From positions 1 to 14,447 of the forward strand of contig JBDRUX010000063.1 in assembly GCA_039801565.1 (NCBI GenBank): 14,447 nt of DNA. The letters run 5' to 3'. Of this stretch, positions 1-7,923 are shown piece by piece. Source of the stretch: a candidate division WOR-3 bacterium (GTDB taxonomy: Bacteria; Hydrothermota; Tepidihabitantia; Tepidihabitantales; JAOUPE01). The translations under genes and the position numbers were made by a program. The notes under the pieces were generated by a model that did not search any database, was not told the origin of the DNA, and was given only the letters and a program-made list of their open reading frames with translations. Positions within the stretch are counted from its first letter, which is position 1. Every line of letters starts with the position of its first letter.

Positions 1-2
1 TT

Positions 3-461
3 CTTGGTTTTTTTGTTCCGCCGATTGTTTCCCGAATAACAATGAATGCGAAAATTAATGCGACGCGGCGGGAACTTTATCAATTGCGTCAGGCAATTGT
101 TGGCAACCCAGAAATAGTGGCTGGTGGTGAATATGCCGATTTGGGATTTTATGGCGATGTCGGACGCTATCCAAGACACTTGATCGAACTGGTAACGAAT
201 CGACCTGATACTACCAATTTTGTTTATCCTGGTCGCGAAGCAATACCGGTTTGGGACCCTTTTACAAAACGGGGTTGGCATGGTCCCTATGTGCGAGATG
301 ATGGAGCGCAAGGTTTTTTATACGACGCCTGGGATATGCCGTATCGAATTATGGTTGATAATTTAGGAACACCGATTGGAATTAAATCCGCCGGACCGGA
401 TGGCAGGTGGTTCGGCGAAGCCGGGGTAACGGAAAATGACGATATTACGGTCTTGTTTTGA
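3..461 (+). CDS. GspG/T2SSG-like (pseudo)pilin, 5'-truncated by the window edge
   Basis: The frame is open from base 3 (LGFFVPPIVSRITMNAK...), which reads as the end of a hydrophobic pilin helix, so ATG 42 is probably internal. It carries WHGPY, DAW..PY and a terminal SAGPDG...DDI motif typical of GspG-like globular domains, and is paralogous to the next two ORFs. Confidence 0.8.
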   Translation, partial: LGFFVPPIVSRITMNAKINATRRELYQLRQAIVGNPEIVAGGEYADLGFYGDVGRYPRHLIELVTNRPDTTNFVYPGREAIPVWDPFTKRGWHGPYVRDDGAQGFLYDAWDMPYRIMVDNLGTPIGIKSAGPDGRWFGEAGVTENDDITVLF

Positions 462-1407
462 CCGAATCGGTCAAAATCCCATTCTTACGATTAGTAAGAA
501 AAAATGGTTCAAAATTGTTCAAGAATTCAAGTGGGATTTCAAAGGTGCAAAGCCCCTTTGGTTTGAGCCGTGCCCAAAATTCGAATTTCGAAATTCGAAT
601 TTCGAAATTGGGAATTCAAAGTCGGGCGTGACACTTTTAGAATTGTTAATCGTTTTGATGATTATTGGTATTTTGGTAACAGCTGCAGTGAAGACTTGGG
701 ATGTCAGTTTGCAAAGGTCGCGCTTCAATTCGACAATAAAAGAGATGGAACAATTGGCTTGGGCAATTGCTGGTAATCCGGAACTTATCTCGGGTGGCAA
801 AAGGAGCGATTTTGGTTATGTCGGTGATAACGGGCTATTACCACCAACCCTGCGCGATTTATACGAAAATGTGAACAATTACCCGACTTGGCACGGACCT
901 TATATCAAACCGGCTTTTGCAGAAAATCCCCAAGGTTATATGGTTGATGCTTGGGGTGATACCTATGTCTATCCGAATCCTTTGACACTTTCCGATACCC
1001 AGCCGGTTTATATTCGAAGTTACGGTGGTGGTTCAGCCAGTACACCCCAAACCTGGTTAACTAAGATTGTTATCAATCGTAAGATGGATTTGCTTTCTAA
1101 TCCGGTCTCGGGTGACTTTGCCGATGCTTTTGGCTTTCCACCAACTGCTTCCGATACAATTAAAGTCACCTTGTTCTATCCCCGACTGGGTCGACACGAT
1201 TCCTTTGAATTGAAGCAATTTGGTACTAATTCTTTTACTTTTACCGGTGTGCCAGTTGGTAATCATAAATTAAGAGTAATTGGTGTGAAGTGCGATTCTA
1301 ACTTTGCTCAAGTTGAGACTGTTGAGAAATATATCTGCGTGTTGCCAAGAATCGGTGCTACTGGTATCAATATTCGCTTTGCAACCTTAAAATTTCGACG
1401 GCCATGA
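436..1407 (+). CDS. Prepilin-type N-terminal cleavage/methylation protein (GspG-like core plus C-terminal beta-rich domain); start uncertain
   Basis: Class III signal KSG|VTLLELLIVLMIIGILV (Gly codon 625-627, Glu+5 at 640). AIAGNPEL..DFGYVGD..WHGPY..DAWG core. The only in-frame ATG/GTG/TTG before the cleavage site is ATG 436, which gives a 64-aa leader. Confidence 0.85.
   Translation: MTILRSCFDRIGQNPILTISKKKWFKIVQEFKWDFKGAKPLWFEPCPKFEFRNSNFEIGNSKSGVTLLELLIVLMIIGILVTAAVKTWDVSLQRSRFNSTIKEMEQLAWAIAGNPELISGGKRSDFGYVGDNGLLPPTLRDLYENVNNYPTWHGPYIKPAFAENPQGYMVDAWGDTYVYPNPLTLSDTQPVYIRSYGGGSASTPQTWLTKIVINRKMDLLSNPVSGDFADAFGFPPTASDTIKVTLFYPRLGRHDSFELKQFGTNSFTFTGVPVGNHKLRVIGVKCDSNFAQVETVEKYICVLPRIGATGINIRFATLKFRRP
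574..622. repeat. Heptamer tandem repeat (TCGAATT/TCGAAAT alternating), self-complementary
   Basis: Units ccaaaat tcgaatt tcgaaat tcgaatt tcgaaat tgggaat tcaaagt. 577-602 and 584-609 are each perfect 26-bp palindromes. Confidence 0.9.
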
Positions 1408-2567
1408 AAATTATGCATTCGGTAAATAAAGCATTTACTTTGGTTGAACTTTTAATCGTGTTGTTAATAATCGGTGTTCTTTCCGGAGTTACTTTACGGG
1501 CGATTGATATGACCCGGGAGCGGACAATGTTTTCCGATACCGCAAAAAAATTGACCGATTTGGCAAAAGCGATAACTGGCAATCCGGATTTAATTGTTGA
1601 TGGCAAAAGGGTTGACTTTGGCTTTGTCGGCGATATGGGGCGGCTACCTTTGACTTTAGATGAACTGGTAAAAAATACCACCAATAGTCCAAATTGGAAT
1701 GGACCGTATGTGAAAATTGATTTCGTCGAAGACACGCTTAATCCGAGTTTCAAACGGGATGCCTGGGGTAACGAAATTGAGTATTTTAGTGAGGCAGGAA
1801 TTCTCCGTAGTCGTTGCAACGGTCGGCAGTGGCTAACCCATAAGATTGCTGACAGTATTGGTTTTCTTTTAAGAAATAAAGTGGGTGGATTGATTACCGA
1901 CAGCAAAAATAATCCGCCGGGTAATCTTAATACTTATATTGATGTTGGAATCGTTCTACCGAGCGGAATTCCACCATTACCAGTGAGAAATCCAAACAAG
2001 AGTGGTTTCTTTCAATTTGATTCGGTGCCGATTGGTAGACATCAATTGTGGGTGATAAGACGGACGGCGCAACCGGAAACTTTGATAAAATGGGTTTCAG
2101 TCCTCCCTAAATCAAATACCTTTGTTGATTTTACTTTCTCCCGACCATTTCAGTCTCAACTCCAATATGTTGAGGGCTCAGGTAGGACTTTACCCACGGA
2201 TTCTTCCAGTGTAATGTTTGAGATATTTAATGGGGCAGGTGAACCGGTGACACTCAATTCCCTTAGTTTTAGCACTATTATGAGATTCGATTCTACTTAT
2301 CGAGTCTTTTGTGGACTTATGACCGCCCAGAATGCGCCCGCCAATCCAATATTCAGTGATTCAACTCGAATCGGTGTTGGCGGCACTGCCCATTTTAACT
2401 ACACTTTAAATATCCCCGCTTCTGGTCACGAAATCTTTACCTTATATCATTTCCGGGCTGATTCAATCACTCCTGGCGCACCAACAGTAGGAATGGATAG
2501 CGTTTTTCTCAAGATACTATTTAGCGATGGTTCGGTTATCCAATTCACAACCCCTTTGATTCACTAA
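1404..2567 (+). CDS. Large minor pilin / pseudopilin (GspG-like core plus two probable beta-sandwich domains)
   Basis: KA|FTLVELLIVLLIIGVL class III signal with a short leader. AITGNPDL..DFGFVGDMGRLP..WNGPY..DAWG core. ATGA overlap with the upstream stop. Confidence 0.88.
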   Translation: MKIMHSVNKAFTLVELLIVLLIIGVLSGVTLRAIDMTRERTMFSDTAKKLTDLAKAITGNPDLIVDGKRVDFGFVGDMGRLPLTLDELVKNTTNSPNWNGPYVKIDFVEDTLNPSFKRDAWGNEIEYFSEAGILRSRCNGRQWLTHKIADSIGFLLRNKVGGLITDSKNNPPGNLNTYIDVGIVLPSGIPPLPVRNPNKSGFFQFDSVPIGRHQLWVIRRTAQPETLIKWVSVLPKSNTFVDFTFSRPFQSQLQYVEGSGRTLPTDSSSVMFEIFNGAGEPVTLNSLSFSTIMRFDSTYRVFCGLMTAQNAPANPIFSDSTRIGVGGTAHFNYTLNIPASGHEIFTLYHFRADSITPGAPTVGMDSVFLKILFSDGSVIQFTTPLIH

Positions 2568-2639
2568 AATGAAATTTCAAGCCATAGCATTATATTTGAT
2601 AAGTGCCAAAGGAAATTTTGGACTTAGAAAGGAGCAATA

Positions 2640-4253
2640 GTGGCTTTAAAATTAGGTGGTTTATTTAAAGCCGAAGGCAAAGGAATTATCTCAATTGATA
2701 TTGGCTCTAATTCGGTAAAATTCGTTAAAATGGATGGCGCAAAAATTACTGATTACGGCTTAAAAGAAATTGGTGAGACTATGGACATTGCTGGTTCGAT
2801 CCGAGAATTGTTGAAGGATTACAAACCAGCCCAGGTGTTAACTTTTGTTTCGGGGCCATCGGTGAGTGTACGTCAGGCACTGTTTCCCAAGATGAGCCGG
2901 CGCGAGTTGCGAGATTCAATTGTCCTTCGGCTTGATAAGTATTCGCCCTTTGCTTTAGAAGAGGCGATTCTGGACTTTCGAACCTTAGGGTCAGTTAAAG
3001 AAGCCGGTGTGCCCAAAGATAACGTGATGGTGGTGGCGGCGCGTAAAGACATTGTCTCGGACCATATCTCAACGATGCGCAAAGCTGGACTCGAACCAAC
3101 CGCAATTAGTATTGCACCATTCGCTTTAGCCGGTGCAGTCAGAAAATTTGCCCGGGTTAAACCAGAAGAAAATATCTGTGTCTTAGACATTGGTGCAGAA
3201 TTTACGAATATTGTTTTTATGAAAGGCGAGCGGCTTGATTTGGCACGGACAATTACAACCGCCGGTAATGCGATTACCGAAGCGATGACTGTTTCAATTA
3301 CGACTGAAGAAGGTGAATTGTCTTTAGACGCTCGTGAAGCGGAGGCAGTTAAACGGCGTTATGGTATACCCTCAGAGACCGCAACCGAAAAATTAGATTC
3401 GGGGATTCCAGTTCGACGAATCGCCACTTTGCAGCGTTCGGCTTTAGAAAGATTTGGGGCAGAAATTAATCGTTCGATTGATTATTATAAGCGTGAATTT
3501 GGCGAACCCAAGATTGACCGAATATTAATCTGTGGTGGGAGTGCCTTGCTGAAAGGGATTCAGGCGTTCTTCGAACAAACAACAAAAATTCCGGTAGAAA
3601 TTTTTGATCCATTTCGACTTCATAACCTTTATCGACCCGGCACACCACCGGAAGGACAGATTGGCGTGCGTCTGGTTACTGCCTTAGGTTTACTTTACGA
3701 ACGAGAAGCGATTGATCTTTTGCCGTCGGAATTAAAAGCCAAGAAGTTTACGGCAAAGGACATCAAAATCGTAGCCCTTTTGGCAATTTTTGTTGTCCCA
3801 CTACTTTTAATCATCAATCTGATATTAGCCCTGCAAGGAACGGTTGGGGCTGGCACAATCAAGAACCTACAGAAGGAATTGAAAGCGACCGAAAAACTCT
3901 ATAGTGAATATTTCGATTTAAAGGAAAAGGTCAAAGAATTAGAAGAACGGCAGAAACTATTACGTGGGATTGTCGGCCAGGAATTCGCCACCTTACCTTT
4001 ATTAAGGCGATTAAGTCTAATGGTACCAGAAAATATTCAACTGCGCAATTGTTATATGTCAGGCGAAAGAAAACTAAAGATTACGGGCGTTGTCTCCGGT
4101 GCACCTCATCTATTAGATTTAGATTTAATGCAATTTATGATGAATTTGGAACGGGATAACCTTATCCGTGCGGTGACCTTAAAGACAAAAAATCGGATAT
4201 TCGTTTTAGGTGAACCAGTCTTAGAATTTGATATTGAAGCGGAACTGGAGTAA
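2640..4253 (+). CDS. pilM: Type IV pilus assembly protein, PilM-PilN fusion
   Basis: GTG start after SD AAAGGAG. Actin-like motifs IDIGSNSVK, LDIGAEFT and ICGGSALL. These are followed by IDLLP (the PilN INLLP-type motif, 3711-3725), a TM helix, a coiled coil and a PilN-like C-terminal domain. Confidence 0.88.
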   Translation: MALKLGGLFKAEGKGIISIDIGSNSVKFVKMDGAKITDYGLKEIGETMDIAGSIRELLKDYKPAQVLTFVSGPSVSVRQALFPKMSRRELRDSIVLRLDKYSPFALEEAILDFRTLGSVKEAGVPKDNVMVVAARKDIVSDHISTMRKAGLEPTAISIAPFALAGAVRKFARVKPEENICVLDIGAEFTNIVFMKGERLDLARTITTAGNAITEAMTVSITTEEGELSLDAREAEAVKRRYGIPSETATEKLDSGIPVRRIATLQRSALERFGAEINRSIDYYKREFGEPKIDRILICGGSALLKGIQAFFEQTTKIPVEIFDPFRLHNLYRPGTPPEGQIGVRLVTALGLLYEREAIDLLPSELKAKKFTAKDIKIVALLAIFVVPLLLIINLILALQGTVGAGTIKNLQKELKATEKLYSEYFDLKEKVKELEERQKLLRGIVGQEFATLPLLRRLSLMVPENIQLRNCYMSGERKLKITGVVSGAPHLLDLDLMQFMMNLERDNLIRAVTLKTKNRIFVLGEPVLEFDIEAELE

Positions 4254-4256
4254 AAA

Positions 4257-4868
4257 ATGAATATTCTACAACGTAAAATCCTTTTTGGTGGTATTGCTGG
4301 ACTAATCCTATTAGCAATTCTTGCCGTGGTTTTCTTGTATCAACCAAAAATCCGGGCGCGAGCAAAAATTCAAGCTGAAGCCGACAATTTGCGCCGGCAA
4401 ATCAAAGAGATGAAAGAGATGGTAAAAGGGATTGGTACCCTACGCCGTCAAATTACTCAACTGGAGGAACAAAATATCGAACTCTTCTCCCATGTTGCAC
4501 CACGGGATCAACTTTTAACCTTATTACGTGAATTAGCGAAAATTGCTGAGCGATACAATATTACATTTCTTGAAATTCGACCACCGGGTTTAGATACAAT
4601 GTTACAATCTGAAACCCCAGACCGTCCAATTCGTCCGGTGCCGTTTCAAATTGTCTTGCAAGGTCGTTATTTGGACATCGGGGCTTATATTGAAAGCTTA
4701 AATCGGTTTCCTTATTTCGTCAAGGTTCCGGAGTTTGAACTAACTGGCAAGGACGAAATTCGTCCGGCAATTGAGGCTCGAATCTTACTTAATATCTATA
4801 CCTCAAGTCTACCTTTTGCTCAACCAACTGAATCGAGTGAATTGAAAACAACGGGAGAGAAACTATGA
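4257..4868 (+). CDS. pilO: Type IV pilus assembly protein PilO
   Basis: N-terminal TM helix, coiled coil, then a PilO-like domain (LLRELAKIAERYNI...PFQIVLQGRYLDIGAYIESL). Position directly after pilMN. Confidence 0.85.
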   Translation: MNILQRKILFGGIAGLILLAILAVVFLYQPKIRARAKIQAEADNLRRQIKEMKEMVKGIGTLRRQITQLEEQNIELFSHVAPRDQLLTLLRELAKIAERYNITFLEIRPPGLDTMLQSETPDRPIRPVPFQIVLQGRYLDIGAYIESLNRFPYFVKVPEFELTGKDEIRPAIEARILLNIYTSSLPFAQPTESSELKTTGEKL

Positions 4869-5425
4869 GACGAGGGATTCTTTTTTTAGTTATCTTGGCA
4901 GTGTTGGTCTTTTTCGCTTGGCAGGTGGTGCTCAAACCAAAACCAGCTAAGAAACCAGGTACTAGTAAAAAAACCAAAGCGAAAACGAGCGAAACCGCTG
5001 AGCCGGAGACAAAGAAACGAGGACGACGGGTTGGAAAATTGAAGCGCCAGACCGCAGAAGAACGCAAAGCAGAAAAGGCACGGCTGCGGGCAGAACGGAA
5101 AAGGTTAAAACAAGAACTACGCCGAAGGAAAAGAGAAGAGCGGTTAGCCAGAAAGAGGGTGAAAAAGAAGGGACGGAGCAAGTCAGCTCGTAAGGGTCTC
5201 AGTGCCTATGTTCTCCAAGCAATAGTCTGGTTTGATGTCGGACCAAGTTATTGTATGATTGATGGCCGAAGATATGAAGTCGGTGATGTTATCTCAGGAC
5301 GTAAGATTGTAGCAATTAAGCAAGACCAGATTGTTATTGACTATCGGGGTACCCAGAGTATCGTTCGGATGGGAGAAAGTATTTTACCTAGTAGTTATTT
5401 GGGAACGGAAAGGAGAAGACGATAA
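4865..5425 (+). CDS. Membrane-anchored PilP/GspB-like protein with a very basic linker
   Basis: TM helix, Lys/Arg-rich tract, C-terminal LQAIVW...MIDGRRYEVGDVISGRKIVAIKQDQIVI beta domain. ATGA overlap with pilO. Occupies the pilP position. Confidence 0.65.
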   Translation: MRRGILFLVILAVLVFFAWQVVLKPKPAKKPGTSKKTKAKTSETAEPETKKRGRRVGKLKRQTAEERKAEKARLRAERKRLKQELRRRKREERLARKRVKKKGRSKSARKGLSAYVLQAIVWFDVGPSYCMIDGRRYEVGDVISGRKIVAIKQDQIVIDYRGTQSIVRMGESILPSSYLGTERRRR

Positions 5426-5450
5426 ATTTGCCAGTGGGAAAGGAGGAGAG

Positions 5451-6074
5451 TTGAGACAACGATTATTATTTATTGTGCTTTTAGTGGTAGTGGTTTTGGT
5501 TGGTTATACCATTTTGCGACCGAAACCAAAACCGCGTGCCAAGATTAGTGAAAAACCGGCTCGGGTGACGCAAATCGCTAAAGAAGGCGGTGTTGCGCCG
5601 ACGCCAAAATCTGAACCGGTAACAAAAGTAGCGAAAGGCCCGGATACAACTCCAAGACCGACCGCAGCTATGCCACCAAAGCAAACCGAACCGACCCAAA
5701 AGCCAACGCAACCGGATACCTCTAAACCAACTGTCACCAAAAAACCTGATACGACTTTGGTTAGTACCAAGTTAGTAGGTGACACAACAAAACGGGCAGA
5801 AGTTCCAAAACCGATTGCTCAGCCTGTTGCAGAAGAGAAAGCGGAAAAATGGGGAACCGACCCATTCATTCGAGATTGGGTTTTAGCAACTGAAATTAAA
5901 GACTTACGCTTAAAAGCAGTAACAATCAGTGGCATGAAAGCCTATGCTTTGATTAATGACCAAATCTTAGAAAAAGGTGAAGTAATTCAAGGTAAGAGAA
6001 TCGTCGCGATTGAAAAGGATAAGGTAATCTTAGAACAAGGGGGTAGACAATTTACCCTCTATTTAGGGGAGTAG
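5451..6074 (+). CDS. Second PilP/GspB-like protein with a Pro/Lys/Thr-rich linker (start revised to TTG 5451, 207 aa)
   Basis: A strong SD (AAGGAGG) precedes the in-frame TTG 5451. TM helix, long PKT linker, then DPF and LKAVTISG..ALINDQILEKGEVIQGKRIVAIEKDKVIL, which is paralogous to the C-terminus of the preceding ORF. Confidence 0.7.
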   Translation: MRQRLLFIVLLVVVVLVGYTILRPKPKPRAKISEKPARVTQIAKEGGVAPTPKSEPVTKVAKGPDTTPRPTAAMPPKQTEPTQKPTQPDTSKPTVTKKPDTTLVSTKLVGDTTKRAEVPKPIAQPVAEEKAEKWGTDPFIRDWVLATEIKDLRLKAVTISGMKAYALINDQILEKGEVIQGKRIVAIEKDKVILEQGGRQFTLYLGE

Positions 6075-6077
6075 AAT

Positions 6078-7751
6078 ATGATAAAAAACAATCAAATCCG
6101 CCAAAAACGGCAAAAAAACAAAATTAACGCCTTCATCATTATTCTTGGACTTTTTGTCACATTGGTTTATCTTTCGGCGCAATCACTAACTGAGACCCAA
6201 ACCAAAATCAATCAAATCAAGGCGATTGCGATTGAACAACTACAGGATAAAGTTCGGGTTACGATTCGTTGTTCCGAGCAACCTAATGTTGGGGTATTTA
6301 GCGTTGAGACACCCCCAACCGTTGTTGTTGACTTGGTTGATGCAGTGAATAGATTGACCGAAGCGGATGTAGCCGGGACAAAGTTCTATCCAATTAAATC
6401 GATTCGACCATCCCAGTGGAAAGAAGCACCACCAATTGCGCGAGTCGAAATTATTTTAGATTTACCCACTGATTTCAAGATTGACCGCCAAGACAATCTG
6501 GTAGTTGTTGACATTGACGCCAATCCACCAAAATCAACGGTAACCATTCCCGAATCGGAAAGGATTGAACCAACGGTTACAATGTATGTCAAAGACGCCG
6601 AAATCACCGATATCCTCAGAATGCTTGCTGCTCAGTTCAATCTAAATATCATCACCAGCCAAGAAGTAAAAGGCTTGGTAACAGTCCGAATCCAAGATGT
6701 TTCGCTTCATACCGCACTCGATGCTTTAGTCAAGGCTGCCGAATGTAATTTCATTAAATACAATGATGGACTGATTCTGGTTAAACCCCTTAAAAAAGAA
6801 TTACCAGGTGAACTGCAAACACGGGTATTTGAATTAGAATACTCGGAAGCTGAAGACTTAAAAGACGCCTTGAAAAAAGTTATCTCATCGGAAGGTAATA
6901 TCCAAGTCTCCTACCGCCGTGTTGCGGATGGTGGTGGCTCAAAACGTTCGGCAGTTTTGGTCGTCACTGACCGAGTGGAGAATTTAAGACAAGTTGAAGG
7001 GGTTATTCGTGATTTAGATTCACCGCCACCCCAAATCTTAATTAGCGCCAAATTGATTGAAACGACACAATCAACCCAAGATTTATTTGGCACGAATTGG
7101 ACGATAAGCGCACTTGCCTCTGGACAAATTCCCGAGCCAGCTAAAGAAGGTGGACCGGTAACAATGCCAATTGTGATTAACAATTTAATCTTTGGTACGA
7201 TTGACCTGAGTAAAATGGCAGCGGTTCTAAATTTCTTACAAACTAAAAACAATGGTCGCTTATTATGTGAACCCCAAATTACTACTTTAGACAACCAGAC
7301 CGCTAACATTGAACTATCCACCAAATACCCTCAACCAACTGTTGTTACTAACCCTCAAACTGGCGCGCAATCGGTATCTTGGACTCAACTCTCAATTCCT
7401 ATCAAACTCACTGTCACCCCCCATGTCACCTCCGATGGTTCAATTTATACTTCGATCGAAGTTCAAGTTGACGCAATAACCGGTTGGATTGCCGCACCGT
7501 TAGCCCAAGGTGGTCAGCAGCCGATTGTGGCATCACGTAGTGCCAAAACTCAAGTTGCGGCAAAAGCTGGCGAGGTGATTGTGATTGGTGGGTTAACCAA
7601 AGACGAGGTAACAAAAATCCGTCGGCCGGTGCCGATTTTAGGGTATATTCCAATTATAGGTAAACTTTTCTTTAGCGAAACCGATACCAGAACCGCCAAA
7701 AATAACCTGATTATTTTCATTGCACCGCAAGTGATTAATTCAGAAGGATAG
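6078..7751 (+). CDS. pilQ: PilQ-type secretin
   Basis: Signal peptide, AMIN-like domain (PPTVVVDL...ARVEIILD), N0/STN-like domain (KDAEITDILRMLA), N3-like domain and secretin core (LDSPPPQILISAKLIE; PQITTLDNQTA; VIVIGGL...VPILGYIPIIGKLF...LIIFIAPQVI). Confidence 0.9.
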   Translation: MIKNNQIRQKRQKNKINAFIIILGLFVTLVYLSAQSLTETQTKINQIKAIAIEQLQDKVRVTIRCSEQPNVGVFSVETPPTVVVDLVDAVNRLTEADVAGTKFYPIKSIRPSQWKEAPPIARVEIILDLPTDFKIDRQDNLVVVDIDANPPKSTVTIPESERIEPTVTMYVKDAEITDILRMLAAQFNLNIITSQEVKGLVTVRIQDVSLHTALDALVKAAECNFIKYNDGLILVKPLKKELPGELQTRVFELEYSEAEDLKDALKKVISSEGNIQVSYRRVADGGGSKRSAVLVVTDRVENLRQVEGVIRDLDSPPPQILISAKLIETTQSTQDLFGTNWTISALASGQIPEPAKEGGPVTMPIVINNLIFGTIDLSKMAAVLNFLQTKNNGRLLCEPQITTLDNQTANIELSTKYPQPTVVTNPQTGAQSVSWTQLSIPIKLTVTPHVTSDGSIYTSIEVQVDAITGWIAAPLAQGGQQPIVASRSAKTQVAAKAGEVIVIGGLTKDEVTKIRRPVPILGYIPIIGKLFFSETDTRTAKNNLIIFIAPQVINSEG

Positions 7752-7870
7752 AGAGAATTCCAGTGGTCGCTACTACGCTCATTCACGATTGGGAAAAATC
7801 CGAAAGATAGTTAAAAAGATAGTTAGTTAAAAAAGTAACTGCGCTATTGGTCTTATTTAGAATTTGGTGA

Positions 7871-7893
7871 TTAGGTATAAGCCCTATACCTAA
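7871..7893. promoter_or_regulatory. Inverted repeat upstream of pilT (operator or hairpin)
   Basis: TTAGGTATA-agccc-TATACCTAA, a perfect 9-bp stem ending 30 bp before the pilT ATG. Function not established. Confidence 0.45.
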
Positions 7894-7923
7894 CAGTCCT
7901 TTTAGATTTACTGTCGAGCGAAG

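Noticed and set aside
3..2567. Diversity-generating retroelement or shufflon acting on the pilins
   Set aside because: No reverse transcriptase or recombinase is present, and I saw no near-identical TR/VR pair or inverted cassettes. The similarity among pilins is at diverged protein level.
5331..5450. N-terminal extension of the second PilP-like ORF as given in the ORF track
   Set aside because: It overlaps the previous gene by 95 bp. TTG 5451 has a strong SD and is followed directly by a signal-anchor.
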